Origin: Eledone cirrhosa | Taxonomy: Eukaryota | Direction of reading: 5' to 3' | Assembly: GCA_964016885.1 (NCBI GenBank) | Contig: OZ024740.1 | Location: forward strand, 434,186,001-434,250,000 | DNA length: 64,000 nucleotides | In this document: one piece after another, positions 36,480 through 47,894 of the stretch | Position numbering within the stretch: the stretch's first letter is position 1 | Layout: each line of letters starts with the position of its first letter | Made by a program: the position numbers and the translations under genes | The notes under the pieces: generated by a model | Databases searched by the model: none | What the model saw: only the letters and a program-made list of their open reading frames with translations | What the model was told of the DNA's origin: nothing

Positions 36480-36660
36480 TTTGGCAGTATCGGTAGAGGG
36501 TTGGACGCCATGCTTTGACGCATAGAGTTACGGCCCTTTACAGTCTGAGTTCAAATCCCGCCGAGGTTAACTTTGCCTTTCATCCTTACGGGATCGATAA
36601 AATAAAGTACCAGTAATGCACTGGGTAATTTCTGGCCTTGTGCCAAAAGTAGAAACAATT
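36480..36660 (+). mobile_element. tRNA-derived SINE (Meta-domain-like)
   Basis: TGGCAGTATCGGTAGA...CTGAGTTCAAATCCCGCCGAGGTTAACTTTGCCTTTCATCC...GATAAAATAAAGTACCAG; near-identical copy at 62675-62855 (-). Confidence 0.8.
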
Positions 36661-36802
36661 ATTTTTCTCATTCTATTTTCTGAAGGACTAGCATCCGAAA
36701 CGTAAAGACTTTCCTACTATATTGAGCATGAAACTAATATATATCTTCATTGTACTTCGTCATCTGTTGTTTTGTTCCATTTAGTTTTTGCATATATATA
36801 CA

Positions 36803-37206
36803 TATCATCATCATCATCATCATCGTTTAACATCCATCTTCCACGCTAGCATGGGTTTGGACGGGAATTTTCCCACTTGAGGCAAGATTGGTTGTCTTGC
36901 TCGTATAGGACTGTCTGGCGGGTTTTCTACAGCTGGATGCCCTTCCTAACACCAACCACATTTACAGTGTGGACTGGGAGGTTTTTACTGTGTTACCTAC
37001 ACGGCCACATTACAGCGTGGACTGTGTGTTTTTTTTTGTCGTGACACCTACATGACCTCATTTGTTTCGGACTGGATGTTGTGGTACCAACATAACTTTA
37101 CATAGAAAGGGGTGGTGTGGATGGGGGGGGGGTGTATTTTTGTTAGAGGTGCCTACTGACTGTAGGTTTCGCTTTGTACTTAAAACCTACAGTCAGTAGG
37201 CACCTC

Positions 37207-37209
<3 letters not shown>
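36803..37209 (-). mobile_element. RTE-A 3' UTR fragment ending in a 27-bp fold-back inversion
   Basis: Homology to the RTE-A 3' UTR; inverted arms at 37143-37169 and 37183-37209. Confidence 0.88.
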
Positions 37210-37245
<36 letters not shown>

Positions 37246-37249
<4 letters not shown>

Positions 37250-37482
37250 TCATCACTGTTTTACGTCCGTTCTTTTACGCTAGCATGGGTTAGACGGGTT
37301 GTCCTGTTGTGGGTAGTGTTCAGTCGGCTGACCTTGTCTTGCTCATACGGGAACAGAACCTGCCAGATAGTCCTATACGAGCGAGACATGGTCACCCAAC
37401 CAATCTTACCTCAAGTGGGACAATTCCCATCTAACCCATGCTAGCGTGGAAGATGGACGTAAAACGGTGATGATGATGATGA
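37246..37482. mobile_element. Two RTE 3'-end fragments fused head-to-head
   Basis: (CAT)n plus a B-type end on the left; an end with GGACGTAAAACGG(TGA)n on the right. Confidence 0.8.
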
Positions 37483-38476
37483 CACACACATGAATGGAAA
37501 ATGATGATGATTGTGATATATACATGAACATCATTGAACATCAGTTGTCCTAGTAAGTGTTGGACAAGTCTTCACTCAAGTTACTGACCCCTCAGATGGG
37601 CTCGGGGCCTGCACCCTGCTTACACATAATCCTGTGTGCTACAGTGTTTTTTAATGTGACACCAATATCAAGGAAGCCATCTTGTTTTTGATACAACTGA
37701 AGGGTCCTTGGCAAACTTTTAGTGGCTTAAGGCCCTTAACTGGGTGCATTTATCATTTAGATCACCAACACTAGAGAGGTTGCCTTACTACTGACACAAC
37801 TGAAGGGTTCTTGTGATCCCTTGCCATAGTTTCTACCTTACAAGGTATATTGAGTACTAGCAGCAAAACTAGAGAGGTTGTCAGTTATTGCTCGAAACTG
37901 TCACTAGTCTGAGTGGAGGGGAGAGAGAAGGAAGGTGAGTATAACAATATAGATCCTGGTGTGATATTGGAGGGGTGGGGTAGTTACATGTGATGGAGGA
38001 GGAGTAGTTACGGGTGTATCAGGAATGGGGGGGTTGTCACAGGTGTATCAGGAGGAGGGGGGGAAGTTACAGGTGTATCAGGAGGGGAGGGGTAGTTACA
38101 GGTGTATCAGGAGGGGAGGGGTAGTCAAGGGTGTAGCGGGAGGGGGGGGGGGGTTATCACAGGTGTATCAAGATGTAGTAATGGGGAGAACAGGTGAGAG
38201 TGGTGGGGGTGTAGATGGAGTGGTTGGTAGTTTAGGAAGGGGTGGGTGGGGGTGCACAGCAACTGAAAGAGTAGCTATTGAGATGTAGTGGGAGTGATGG
38301 AGGGGGGTATCAACTAGGAAGTATTATTGGTGAGTGTAGTTACTAAGGGGTGTTAATGGGGAGCCAGGTCACGTTTTATGCTGGTAGGCAGGGTTTTTAC
38401 AGGACAGCATGTTACCAGGTTTCCTGCTCTTTTGCCATCTCTATTGTAAGGTTCAGCTATAAGGTCAGTCTATATA

Positions 38477-39630
38477 TCTATACTATAAAGCTGACGGCTG
38501 TATGTAGGTAACAAACTTTCCTCCAAATGGCTGGACCAAACAGCACCAAATTTGCACCATAGATGTAACTTTCTCCAAGTAAAAAAATGAGGGTATTTTT
38601 GTCTACTGAATTTCCCGTTAAGGGTGAAAGCAGCTATTTTTTGCTTAAACTTTTAATATATATATTCGTGTACAGATATTTTTGCATACACAAAAACAAA
38701 AACCTATTTATTTCACCAAAGCACAGACGGCTTATCGTCATTGTAACTGTTCGAGGTTAGAGGACCACAGTCTTTCCAAGATCTGAGAACCATCAATGTT
38801 CCACTTACCGTTTGGCTTGCCAGATGCATGGTATGTTACACGATGACAGCCATTGGCACCTCATCCTGCAAGAAGCAGCAACTGCTAAAGTCCCTTCTCA
38901 GCTGCGAAAACTTTTTGCTATTATGCTGCACAACTGCGATCTCGCCGACCCTCTCGCACTGTGGAACAACCACCGCAAAAGTCTTGCTGAGGGCATCCTC
39001 CACTGCACACACAGACACAATCCAAACATAACATACGATGTTGTTTTCAATGAAAACAGTGACCTGGAGATTTGTCTTGAAAACAGTGTCCTGGAGATTG
39101 GTGGTAGGCCTCTCTAAGTCACTACAGCTTACCTGCTACTGACAGGAGTGTCCAGAGGTCAACATCTACAGAGCTTCTCTGCGAGACGAGCTACAGAATC
39201 AGTGATTCTCTCATGGTCAATTGTATGTAGGATGCTTTAGGGTGAGCTCGCCAAACAATCTCTTCAACTTTGCTCCGGAGGGCCAAACAAAAAATATTTT
39301 ATACTCTGAGGCTCTAACAATGTAATTTAAATAGTTTCTGTTACTTGGAATTTCCATTATGGTTGTACAAATTATTGTTTCTTAAAAAATGTGTTCTCTG
39401 TTCAGCCTTTATTGTTGTAACTATCAATTTTCTTTAACGTACTGGCTGCTGAACTGGGGAATCCTAAAACCTATTCAAACCCAACATCAGAGCACTTTAC
39501 CCCCCCCCCCCCCCCCCGTCCCCGACTTGAGAGGGCGTGTGGTATCTTTGCAATAGAGTGTAGGGGGGGATTCCTGAAAAGATAAAATGCTGGTATACCT
39601 AGCCGGGCACCAGCCGGGCGGGCCAGCTAG
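38477..39630 (+). mobile_element. Internally deleted non-autonomous Helitron
   Basis: A|TC 5' end (TCTATACTATAAAG) and GC-rich subterminal tract then CTAG|T. RepHel remnants: VRGPQSFQDLRT, ACQMHGMLHDD..W..LQEA..QLRKLFA, SHGQLYVGCFRV, TKNILYSEAL. Confidence 0.88.
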
Positions 39631-39825
39631 TATATATATATATATAACAAAGAAAGTGCGGTAAGAAACCAGGTGGACCATAACGCACCAGTGTATTCAA
39701 TACTTAGAGTAGTAGAGTGGGTAATAGGAACAGAGTCAGGACCCGATGGCTGAGCTCCAGCTCTTTCAAAAGCTAGATCTAGCTGTTGAAACAGTCCTGA
39801 CTCTTCTCCTATATATATATATATA

Positions 39826-40122
39826 GTATGGTATGGTCTTGTATCTCCTGGGGTTGTTGTAGGGGTGCTGTACTGACATACACCATTTGTCCGTCATCTA
39901 AAGCCTGGCAGACCCCATCCCTCTCTAGACCTGAGTACAGCAGGTTTCTTCCAGAGAGGAAGAATTGACCCCAGTACATGACTGGTACTTTTTTTTATCG
40001 ACTTCGAAAGGATGAAAGGCAAAGTTGACCTCGGAGAGATTTGAACTCAGAGAGCAGAGAACCAGAATAAATACCATAAAGCATTCTATCCAATGTTCTA
40101 ACGACTCTGACAATTTGCCACC
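39826..40122 (-). mobile_element. tRNA/Meta-type SINE with a long 3' extension ending in (CCATA)n
   Basis: Homologous to 44910-45245 and to the flanks of the 45-bp minisatellite. Confidence 0.75.
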
Positions 40123-40133
40123 ATATATATATA

Positions 40134-41412
40134 CAGGGTGTGGACAATATTTGTTCGCAAGATTACTGTCTAGGAAAAAATAACACAGTAGTTTTATTTT
40201 TTAAGATATATTTATCAAACTTGGATCAGTTTGTCTTCATGACTTGTTCTTTCGATCTCACTCGATAAACCCACCATTGGCTTTGATCATGGCCTCGGAA
40301 CCAGCTACAGACCTTCGTCACTGTCCCCCAACTTAGGCCCCTAAAGGCACTTGTGATCCTGGCCTTCAGATTGTCTTTCGTATTACAGCTAGATCTGTTG
40401 GTGTCTTGTTCCACTGCGCCCCACACAAAGAAGTCGAGGGGGTTGCAGTCAGGTGAGCTGGGAGGCCAGATGTCAGGTGAAGTGTGGTCGACGAAGTTCT
40501 CTGACAGCCAGGCTTGGGTCTTTCGGCTGGTATGGCAGGGCACCGAGTCTTGCTGCCACACGTACGGCCTACCTGCAGCTACCTGGTCGATCCAGGGCTT
40601 TACTACCTCGCTCAGAACGCGGATATAGCCATCGGTGTTCAGCTTGAGGCCCTCAGGGAAGAAGTGAGGTGGCACGATGTCACCTTGACTGCTGACGACA
40701 CCTAAGACCAATGTTGTCGCTGGAAATTTTGTCTGCATGACTCTGGGCACGTCTTTGGATGAAACAGCGATCCACCTGTTGTTCTGGGAGTTGATCTTCT
40801 GGTCTAGGCAGAAGTTTTTCTCGTCGGAGAAAAATCACAGCATGTCTGGCTCCAATGGGTGTTTCAACTTGTTGATCAGCTTCTTTGCGTGCTTCAATCG
40901 CTTTTCTTGCATCGCCTTTGACAGAAATTGTCCTTTCCTCATTTTGTATGAAACGTAGCGTATGTCTTCATGTACCACCAGCCTAATGAGCTTTTCATCC
41001 ACGCCTTTCTCCCTTGCAATGGCACGCATCGACTTGCTAGGTTCATTGTTGATGATATCCTGAACTTCAGCGACGAACTCGAGTGTTCTGAAGGCATCAG
41101 ATCGTCGATCATGTGTTTTCCTCTCTGATGTTGCTTCGTAGTCGAATCCTGAATCTTCCAATTCTTTTCTGACCTTTTCCACCATTCTCCTGCTGATGCT
41201 GAGAACGTCTGAAATTTCCTTATTTGTCCTCCCGGTGCGGATTCCAAGAAGAACTTCGTGTCTCTTCCACAAATTTGGAGGTTCAAAATTATTTATAATC
41301 AATTATTCTGAAACAGTCACTGTTTTTGAAGACAAGAGTGACAACGGAAGTAAAAACAAATTTGCATAAAATTAGCAGTTGAAAATTGCGAACAAATATC
41401 GTCCACACACTG
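40134..41412 (-). mobile_element. Tc1/mariner DNA transposon, DD37D (maT) family, transposase interrupted by a stop codon
   Basis: TIRs CAGGGTGTGGACAATATTTGTTCGCAA / TTGCGAACAAATATCGTCCACACACTG flanked by TA; FSDEK..QQD-(37 aa)-D in SPDCNPLD. Confidence 0.93.
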
Positions 41413-41439
41413 TATATATATATATATATAATATATATA

Positions 41440-41795
41440 TCATCATCAATCATCATCAACGTTTAACGTCCGTGTTCCACGCTTGCATGGGTTTGGGCGG
41501 GGGTATTCCCACTTGAGGCAAGAGTGATTGTCTTGCTCGCATAGGACTGTCTGGCAGGTTTTCTACAGTTGGATGCCCTTCCTAACACCAACCACATTTA
41601 CAGTGTGGGTCTGGGAGGTTTTTACCGTGTTGCCTACACGGCCACATTACAGCGTGGACTGTGTGTTTTTTTTGTCGTGACACCTACACGATCTCATTTG
41701 TTTCGGCCTGGATGGTGTGGCACCAACATAACTTTACATAGAAGGGGGTGGTGTGGATGGTGGGGGGGGGGTGTATTTTGTTAGAGATGCCTACT
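41440..41795 (-). mobile_element. RTE-A 3' UTR fragment
   Basis: Near-identical to 17543-17893. Confidence 0.9.
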
Positions 41796-42184
41796 ATATA
41801 TGTATATCATGTTTACTGTGTAGATGGTAGGATAACAGAAGTGTGACAAAAATTAAGGACTAAAAGTAAGCTACATTTCTTTAAAACATAGCTTATTTAT
41901 TATTTACTTCTACAACCCTCAAATAATGTTCTTCCTTTCTAACACATTCACACTAACAACCCTCTTAGTTTGATTTTTATTCAAATTTATTCAGCCCTCC
42001 TCTCCCTGATGCCTTCTAATAAACATTAATTGGTGAAAAGTTGTAAAGACTTGTTGGAATTTATTTACTTAGACTACTTTTCTGTTCTTAAAATATCACA
42101 AATGAATCTGGATGTCATTTGTTTCCACTCAAAAACAAAGATTAGGTCAAGTTGAACTAAACCAAGTCAGTAATATTTATCTAG

Positions 42185-42335
42185 TGAAGTGGCTTTGTGG
42201 TTAGGGTATTCATGAGTTTGATTCCTGGCTGCCATGCATTGTGTCCTTGAGCAAGGCACTTTATTTCACATTGTTCCAGTCGAGCTGGCAAAAATGGGTT
42301 GTCCCTGTAATTCGAAAGACCAGCCTTGTCACATG
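42185..42335 (+). mobile_element. CORE-type SINE fragment
   Basis: GTTTGATTCC B-box-like motif plus TGTGTCCTTGAGCAAGGCACTTTATTTCAC. Confidence 0.7.
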
Positions 42336-42375
42336 TATGTATATGTGTGTGTGTGTGTATTTATGTGTGCATGTA

Positions 42376-42414
<39 letters not shown>

Positions 42415-42594
42415 GTATATGCGTGTGTATGCATGTGTGCATGTATGTATATGGGTATGTTTGTGTGCTTGTATATATATATATATATGTGTGTGTATGC
42501 ATGTATATGTGTGTGTATGTGTCTATGCATACACACACACACACACACACACACATGCATACACTGTTGTCTTCTATTACCTGTGTGTGTATTT

Positions 42595-42897
42595 GGCCTC
42601 CGTTGGTTCCAATCAGGAATATTCCAGTTGTTAGATCAATGGACCAACTTGCTCATGAAATTAATGTGCAAGTGGCTGAGCATTCTACAGATGTGTTTCC
42701 TGAATACATTTCTCAGGGAGATTCAGTGAGAAACAGTGTTTGATAAGGCTGGTCCTTTGAATCACAGCTACAGCTCATTTTTGCCAGTTGAGTGGACTGG
42801 AGCAACATGAAATAAAGTGTCTTGCTCAAGGACACAACACGCTGCCAGGAATTGAACTCAACAACTTCTCATTCGTGAGTCAAATACCCTAACCACA
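42595..42897 (-). mobile_element. CORE-type SINE
   Basis: Reverse complement resembles the SINE at 46315-46625. Confidence 0.75.
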
Positions 42898-43015
42898 TCA
42901 GGTTTTTTTACACATAAACAGAAAGACACATACAGATATACACACATACAGATATACACCCATAAACACTTTCATATACACATACAGATATATATCATGA
43001 CACACTTTCATATAC

Positions 43016-44535
43016 ACATCATCATCATCTTTAATGTCTATTTTCCATGCTTGCATGGGTTAGACAAGTTGTCCTATTTGAGTCAAGTCAGATCAGGTGA
43101 CGGTGTCTTGTTCATACAGAACTATTCCTGGCTTGGTTTCTACTGCTGGATGTCCTTCCTAATGCTCACCACATTTACAATGTGGGCTGGGTGCTTTTTG
43201 TTGTGATACCTACATGACCACTTTACAGTGTGGACTGGGTGCTTTTTGTTGTGATACCTACATGACCACTTTACAGTGTGGAGTGGGTGCTTTTTGTTGT
43301 GACACCTACATGACCACTTTACAGTGTGGACTGGGTGCTTTTTGTTGTGACACCTACATGACCACTTTACAGTGTGGGCTGGGTGCTATTTGATGTGTCA
43401 CCTACATTACCACTTTACAGTATGGGCTGGGTGCTATTTGTTGTGACACCTACACGACCACTTTACAGTGTGGGCTGGATGCTTTTTGTTGTGATACCAA
43501 CACAACTACTTTACAGTGTGAGCTGGGTGCTTTTTGTTGTGATACCTACACAACTACTTTACAGTGTGGGCTGGATGCTTTTTGTTGCGATACCTACACA
43601 ACTACTTTACAGTGTGGGCTGGATGCTTTTTGTTGTGATACCAACACAACTACTTTACAGTGTGGCTGGATGCTTTTTGTTGTGATACCAACACAACTAC
43701 TTTACAGTGTGGGCTGGATGCTTTTTGTTGTGATACCTACACAACTACTTTACAGTGTGGGCTGGATGCTTTTTGTTGTGATACCTACACAACTACTTTA
43801 CAGTGTGGGCTGGATGCTTTTTGTTGTGATACCTACACAACTACTTTACAGTGTGGGCTGGATGCTTTTTGTTGTGATACCTACACAACTATTTTACAGT
43901 GTGGGCTGGATGCTTTTTGTTGTGATACCTACACAACTACTTTACAGTGTGGGCTGGATGCTTTTTGTTGTGATACCTACACAACTACTGTACAGTGTGG
44001 GCTGGGTGCTTTTTGTTGTGATACCTACACAACTACTTTACAGTGTGGGCTGGGTGCTTTTTGTTGTGATACCTACACAACTACTTTACAGTGTGGGCTG
44101 GATGCTTTTTGTTGTGATACCTACACAACTACTTTACAGTGTGGGCTGGGTGCTTTTTGTTGTGATACCTACACAACTACTTTACAGTGTGGGCTGGATG
44201 CTTTTTGTTGTGATACCAACACAACTACTTTACAGTGTGTGCTGGATGCTTTTTGTTGTGATACCTACACAACTACTTTACAGTGTGGGCTGGATGCTTT
44301 TTGTTGTGATACCTACACAACTACTTTACAGTGTGGGCTGGGTGCTTTTTGTTGTGATACCTACACAACTACTTTACAGTGTGGGCTGGGTGCTTTTTGT
44401 TGTGATACCTACACAACCACTTTACAGTGTGGGCTGGATGCTTTTTGTTGTGATACCTACACAACTACTTTACAGTGTGGGCTGGGTGCTTTTTGTTGTG
44501 ATACCTACACAACTACTTTACAGTGTGGGCTGGGG
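43016..44535. repeat. Decayed RTE 3' end grading into a 48-bp minisatellite (TTTACAGTGTGGGCTGGATGCTTTTTGTTGTGATACCTACACAACTAC), about 28 copies
   Basis: 48-bp periodicity; unit resembles the RTE-B 3' UTR at 22396-22495. Confidence 0.93.
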
Positions 44536-44705
44536 ACTGGAGCAGAGCAGAGGGTATAAAGGTGTGCAATAAGGGTGGGGGTGATTAGGATGTGGGTGGA
44601 GTGTTAGGGCATGGGAGATGTATGGAGGTGGAGAAGGAGAATAGGGGTTAAGTAGTGCAGAATCAAGGAATCACTGATATTTGCAATAATTCTTTTATCT
44701 TTCAG

Positions 44706-44779
44706 GTCATGTACGGACATCATATGCTGCCTGATTTTCTTCATCTTCCTCTTGGGTTTTGCTGGCGTTGCCATTTTTG
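44706..44779 (+). CDS. SLC44A: SLC44A/CTL exon, SCTDIICCLIFFIFLLGFAGVAIF (first TM helix)
   Basis: tttcag| acceptor and |gtaagt donor; hallmark CTL motif CTDxxCC followed by a hydrophobic helix. Confidence 0.93.
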
Positions 44780-44909
44780 GTAAGTCACATTTGATGTGGA
44801 TTAATTCAGTGTCTAACAGAAATCAATGTTTGTTTTTTTTGTACTGGGAATGTTTTTGTTTGTTTGTTGTTGTTTTTTTGTGGGAAGGGCTTTTGTGTAT
44901 TTTATTCAT

Positions 44910-45245
44910 AAGCAGCAAACTGGCTGAGTTGTTAGAATGTCAGATAAAATGCTTTGTGGAATTCATTTTGACTCTCTGCTCTCAAATCCCACTGAGGTCA
45001 ACTTTGCCTTTCATTTTTTTGAGATTGATAAAAAAAAGTACCAGTCTAGTACTGGGGTCGATTCTTCCTCTATATCTCTTTCTCACTTCCATTGTCTCAC
45101 TTTTTCTATATTTCTCTGGAAGAAATCTGCTGTATTGAGACCAAGAGAGGAGATGGGTTCTGCCAGGTTTAAAATACCCTAGAAACACTGTATGTCAATA
45201 TGGCACCCTATGACTCCCTCGGGGGGTTAGGGGTCCATTCCATAG
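44910..45245 (+). mobile_element. tRNA/Meta-type SINE with long 3' extension
   Basis: TCAAATCCCACTGAGGTCAACTTTGCCTTTCAT...AAGTACCAGT plus an extension homologous to 39826-39955. Confidence 0.72.
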
Positions 45246-45364
45246 CGTTCATTGCAATTTGGGGGCTGGCGGTGTCTGGGTAGTTTGGTCTTGTGGGGGA
45301 GTGAAGGATTTGTAACTATTATACTTTAGAGGAGCCCCGAGATCAATGCTTGAAATTCTTGTTG

Positions 45365-45612
45365 GTCCTGTGGTGTGCAAGTTGTCCTGTGGTGTGCAAG
45401 TCATGTGGTGTGCAAGTTGTCATGTGGTGTGCAAGTTGTCCTGTGGTGCGCAAGTCCTCTGGTGTGCAAGTCATGTGGTGTGCAAGTTGTCCTGTGGTGT
45501 GCAAGTTGTCATGTGGTGTGCAAGTTGTCATGTGGTGTGCAAGTTGTCCTGTGGTGTGCAAGTTGCCATGTGGTGTGCAAGTTGTCATGTGGTGTGCAAG
45601 TTGTCATGTGGT
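45365..45612. repeat. 16-19-bp minisatellite (GTGGTGTGCAAGTTGTCAT)
   Basis: Direct inspection. Confidence 0.92.
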
Positions 45613-45898
45613 AAAGGGAATTCCAGAGAGATAGCTTTCTGGACTGCAAAGAAATATTTTAGTTGTATAAGTACAATGACAACTGTTCATAGATTGCCCA
45701 AGATACTCTCATGGAATGACCAAATGAGATTTATTTTTTAACATAGTCACTGGAATGCAGTTATTCATAAGAAGAGTTGAAATTAATGCATGCAAGATTT
45801 CGCAGCTTTAGCATCACACTTTTCAGCCTACTCTCGTAGACATGAATTGCTGTCTGCAATTGTATATGATCTAATACTGTATATTTTATATGTTACAG

Positions 45899-45977
45899 CC
45901 TTTGTCAAAGGAAACTACAATCTTCTACTTTACCCTATGGATACTGACAATAATATCTGTGGACATGGAAATATGGA
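45899..45977 (+). CDS. SLC44A: SLC44A/CTL exon, (A)FVKGNYNLLLYPMDTDNNICGHGNM(E)
   Basis: ttacag| acceptor and |gtaagt donor; phases fit both neighbours; matches CTL G..xxLLYPxDxxGxxCG. Confidence 0.92.
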
Positions 45978-45985
45978 GTAAGTCT

Positions 45986-46092
45986 GACATTATTTCTTTA
46001 TTTAAATTCTTCATTATTTCTTTATTTAAATTCTTCATTATTTCTTTATTTAGATTCTTCATTATTTCTTTATTTAGATTCTTCATTATTAA
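45986..46092. repeat. 24-bp minisatellite immediately after the exon donor
   Basis: CATTATTTCTTTATTTAAATTCTT, about 4 copies. Confidence 0.88.
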
Positions 46093-46314
46093 ATTATTTT
46101 CTCTGCACCATTAAAATCGTAAATCCTATATTAAATTTGATTATGACATTTTCTGTCTATAATTGATAAGTGGTTTATTATTATCTGAAAATATTAGTTT
46201 TAAATCTCCCCCATAACTATGAAACAATCAGCATGTATCTTAATAACAAAACCTCCCCTCAGTTCTTTTCATATAGCCAATTTGTATTCTTGTTACTTTT
46301 TCATTCCATATAAT

Positions 46315-46625
46315 GGTGTGTGACATAGTGGTTAGGGTGCTCAACCCACAGTTGTAAAGTCATGAGTTCAATTCCCAGTGATGCATTGTGTCCTTGAGCA
46401 AGACACTTTATTTTGTGTTGCTCCAGTTCACTCAGCTGGCGAAAATCAGTTGTACCTGTAATGCAGGGACAGCCTTGTCACACACAGTGTATCACACTGG
46501 AACTTTTTGGGAACTTTAAGGGTACACATGTCTGTTGAATGTTCAGCCACTTGCACATTAATTTCATGAGCAGAAAGGTCCATTGATTGAATCAACTGGA
46601 ACACTCATCATCCAAATAAATGGAG
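46315..46625 (+). mobile_element. CORE-type tRNA SINE
   Basis: TGACATAGTGG A-box, GTTCAATTCC B-box and CORE-like segment. Confidence 0.75.
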
Positions 46626-46654
46626 ATCCAATACCAACAAATGAGTGCTTTGTT

Positions 46655-46850
46655 ATTACTAAGCTCAAATCTTTTACTAGGATCAAACCTTTTATATTAC
46701 TAAGCTCAAATCTTTTACATTACTAGGATCAAATCTTTTACATTACTAAGCTCAAATCTTTTACATTACTAAGATCAAACCTTTTACATTACTAAGATCA
46801 AATCTTTTATATTACTAGGCTCAAATTTTTATATTACAAGGCTCAAATTT
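46655..46850. repeat. ~23-bp minisatellite (ATTACTAAGCTCAAATCTTTTAC)
   Basis: Direct inspection. Confidence 0.85.
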
Positions 46851-47184
46851 CCCAATAAACAGCTGTAAATAATAGCATTATGATCAAGCTCCTCAAAATA
46901 AAATAAAGCCTTTTGTGAGTCAGCAACTTGGTTTTGATTTCTAGCTGGATTAATTTTACTTAAATTTCTAATACTTCTGGGGAAAGTATGATGATTTTAC
47001 ACTGTTTTTGTATTTAGGTTTCATTTCTACCTGATGGGTGCCAACTCAAGTGTATCTTCTCTTTAAACAATATCATACAGCAGCAATTACTACCTGTTAT
47101 ATTGAGAATCTATTTGCAATTCTCCTGTTAAAACAATTGGAAGAACCACGTCAGTTGTAAAGGAAATGTTTTACTGTCTTTGTT

Positions 47185-47331
47185 GCTACACTAGATTGGA
47201 TGATCCACCAGTTTACAGTCCTCCATTGATCTCTAGCTACACTAGACTAGATGATCCACCAGTTTACAGTCCTCCATTGATCCCTAGCTACACTAGACTA
47301 GATGATCCACCAGTTTACAGTCCTCCATTGA
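47185..47331. repeat. 51-bp tandem repeat, 3 copies
   Basis: GCTACACTAGACTAGATGATCCACCAGTTTACAGTCCTCCATTGA repeated. Confidence 0.9.
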
Positions 47332-47788
47332 AAATCTTCTTAAGCTTTAAAATAAGCCTCTTTTGTTTGATAAAATAATTACTAATATATATAAAATATT
47401 AACCCACTCTGCTTAAAATAGCAACCAAATTTCCTTCAAATCCTGCCTTGCTGTCTTTAAAATATTTAAGATACATTGGATAATGTCTTAAATTCACTAA
47501 TTTGTGTAAAAGACTAGATGGCGATGGCTGGAATGGCTTTGATTATATGTATGTTTGAACACTACTGATCTGGGGCTGAATAACAATAACTATCCTCATC
47601 ATCATCATCGTCTATGCTTGCATGGGTTAGATAGCTGTCACATGCTAACAGATGACTAGCTCCTGCCCATAGCCAAATTCTAGACATTCTTGCTGTGTTG
47701 AGTTTTAAGATTACTGAATTAACACATCGATATCAGCTATCCCGGAGGATAGTTGGAGGTTCTCGTTCAGATGTCTCTTATGACTAAC

Positions 47789-47857
<69 letters not shown>

Positions 47858-47894
47858 CATACTTACATACACACACACATACATACACACACAC

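Noticed and set aside
36680-36710. Hammerhead-like CTGAAGGA...TCCGAAACGT
   Set aside because: Core spacing is incomplete and no convincing stem I; at best a decayed remnant.
43660-44572. Cys-rich or hydrophobic repeat proteins (299-300 aa)
   Set aside because: Artefact of the 48-bp RTE-derived minisatellite.
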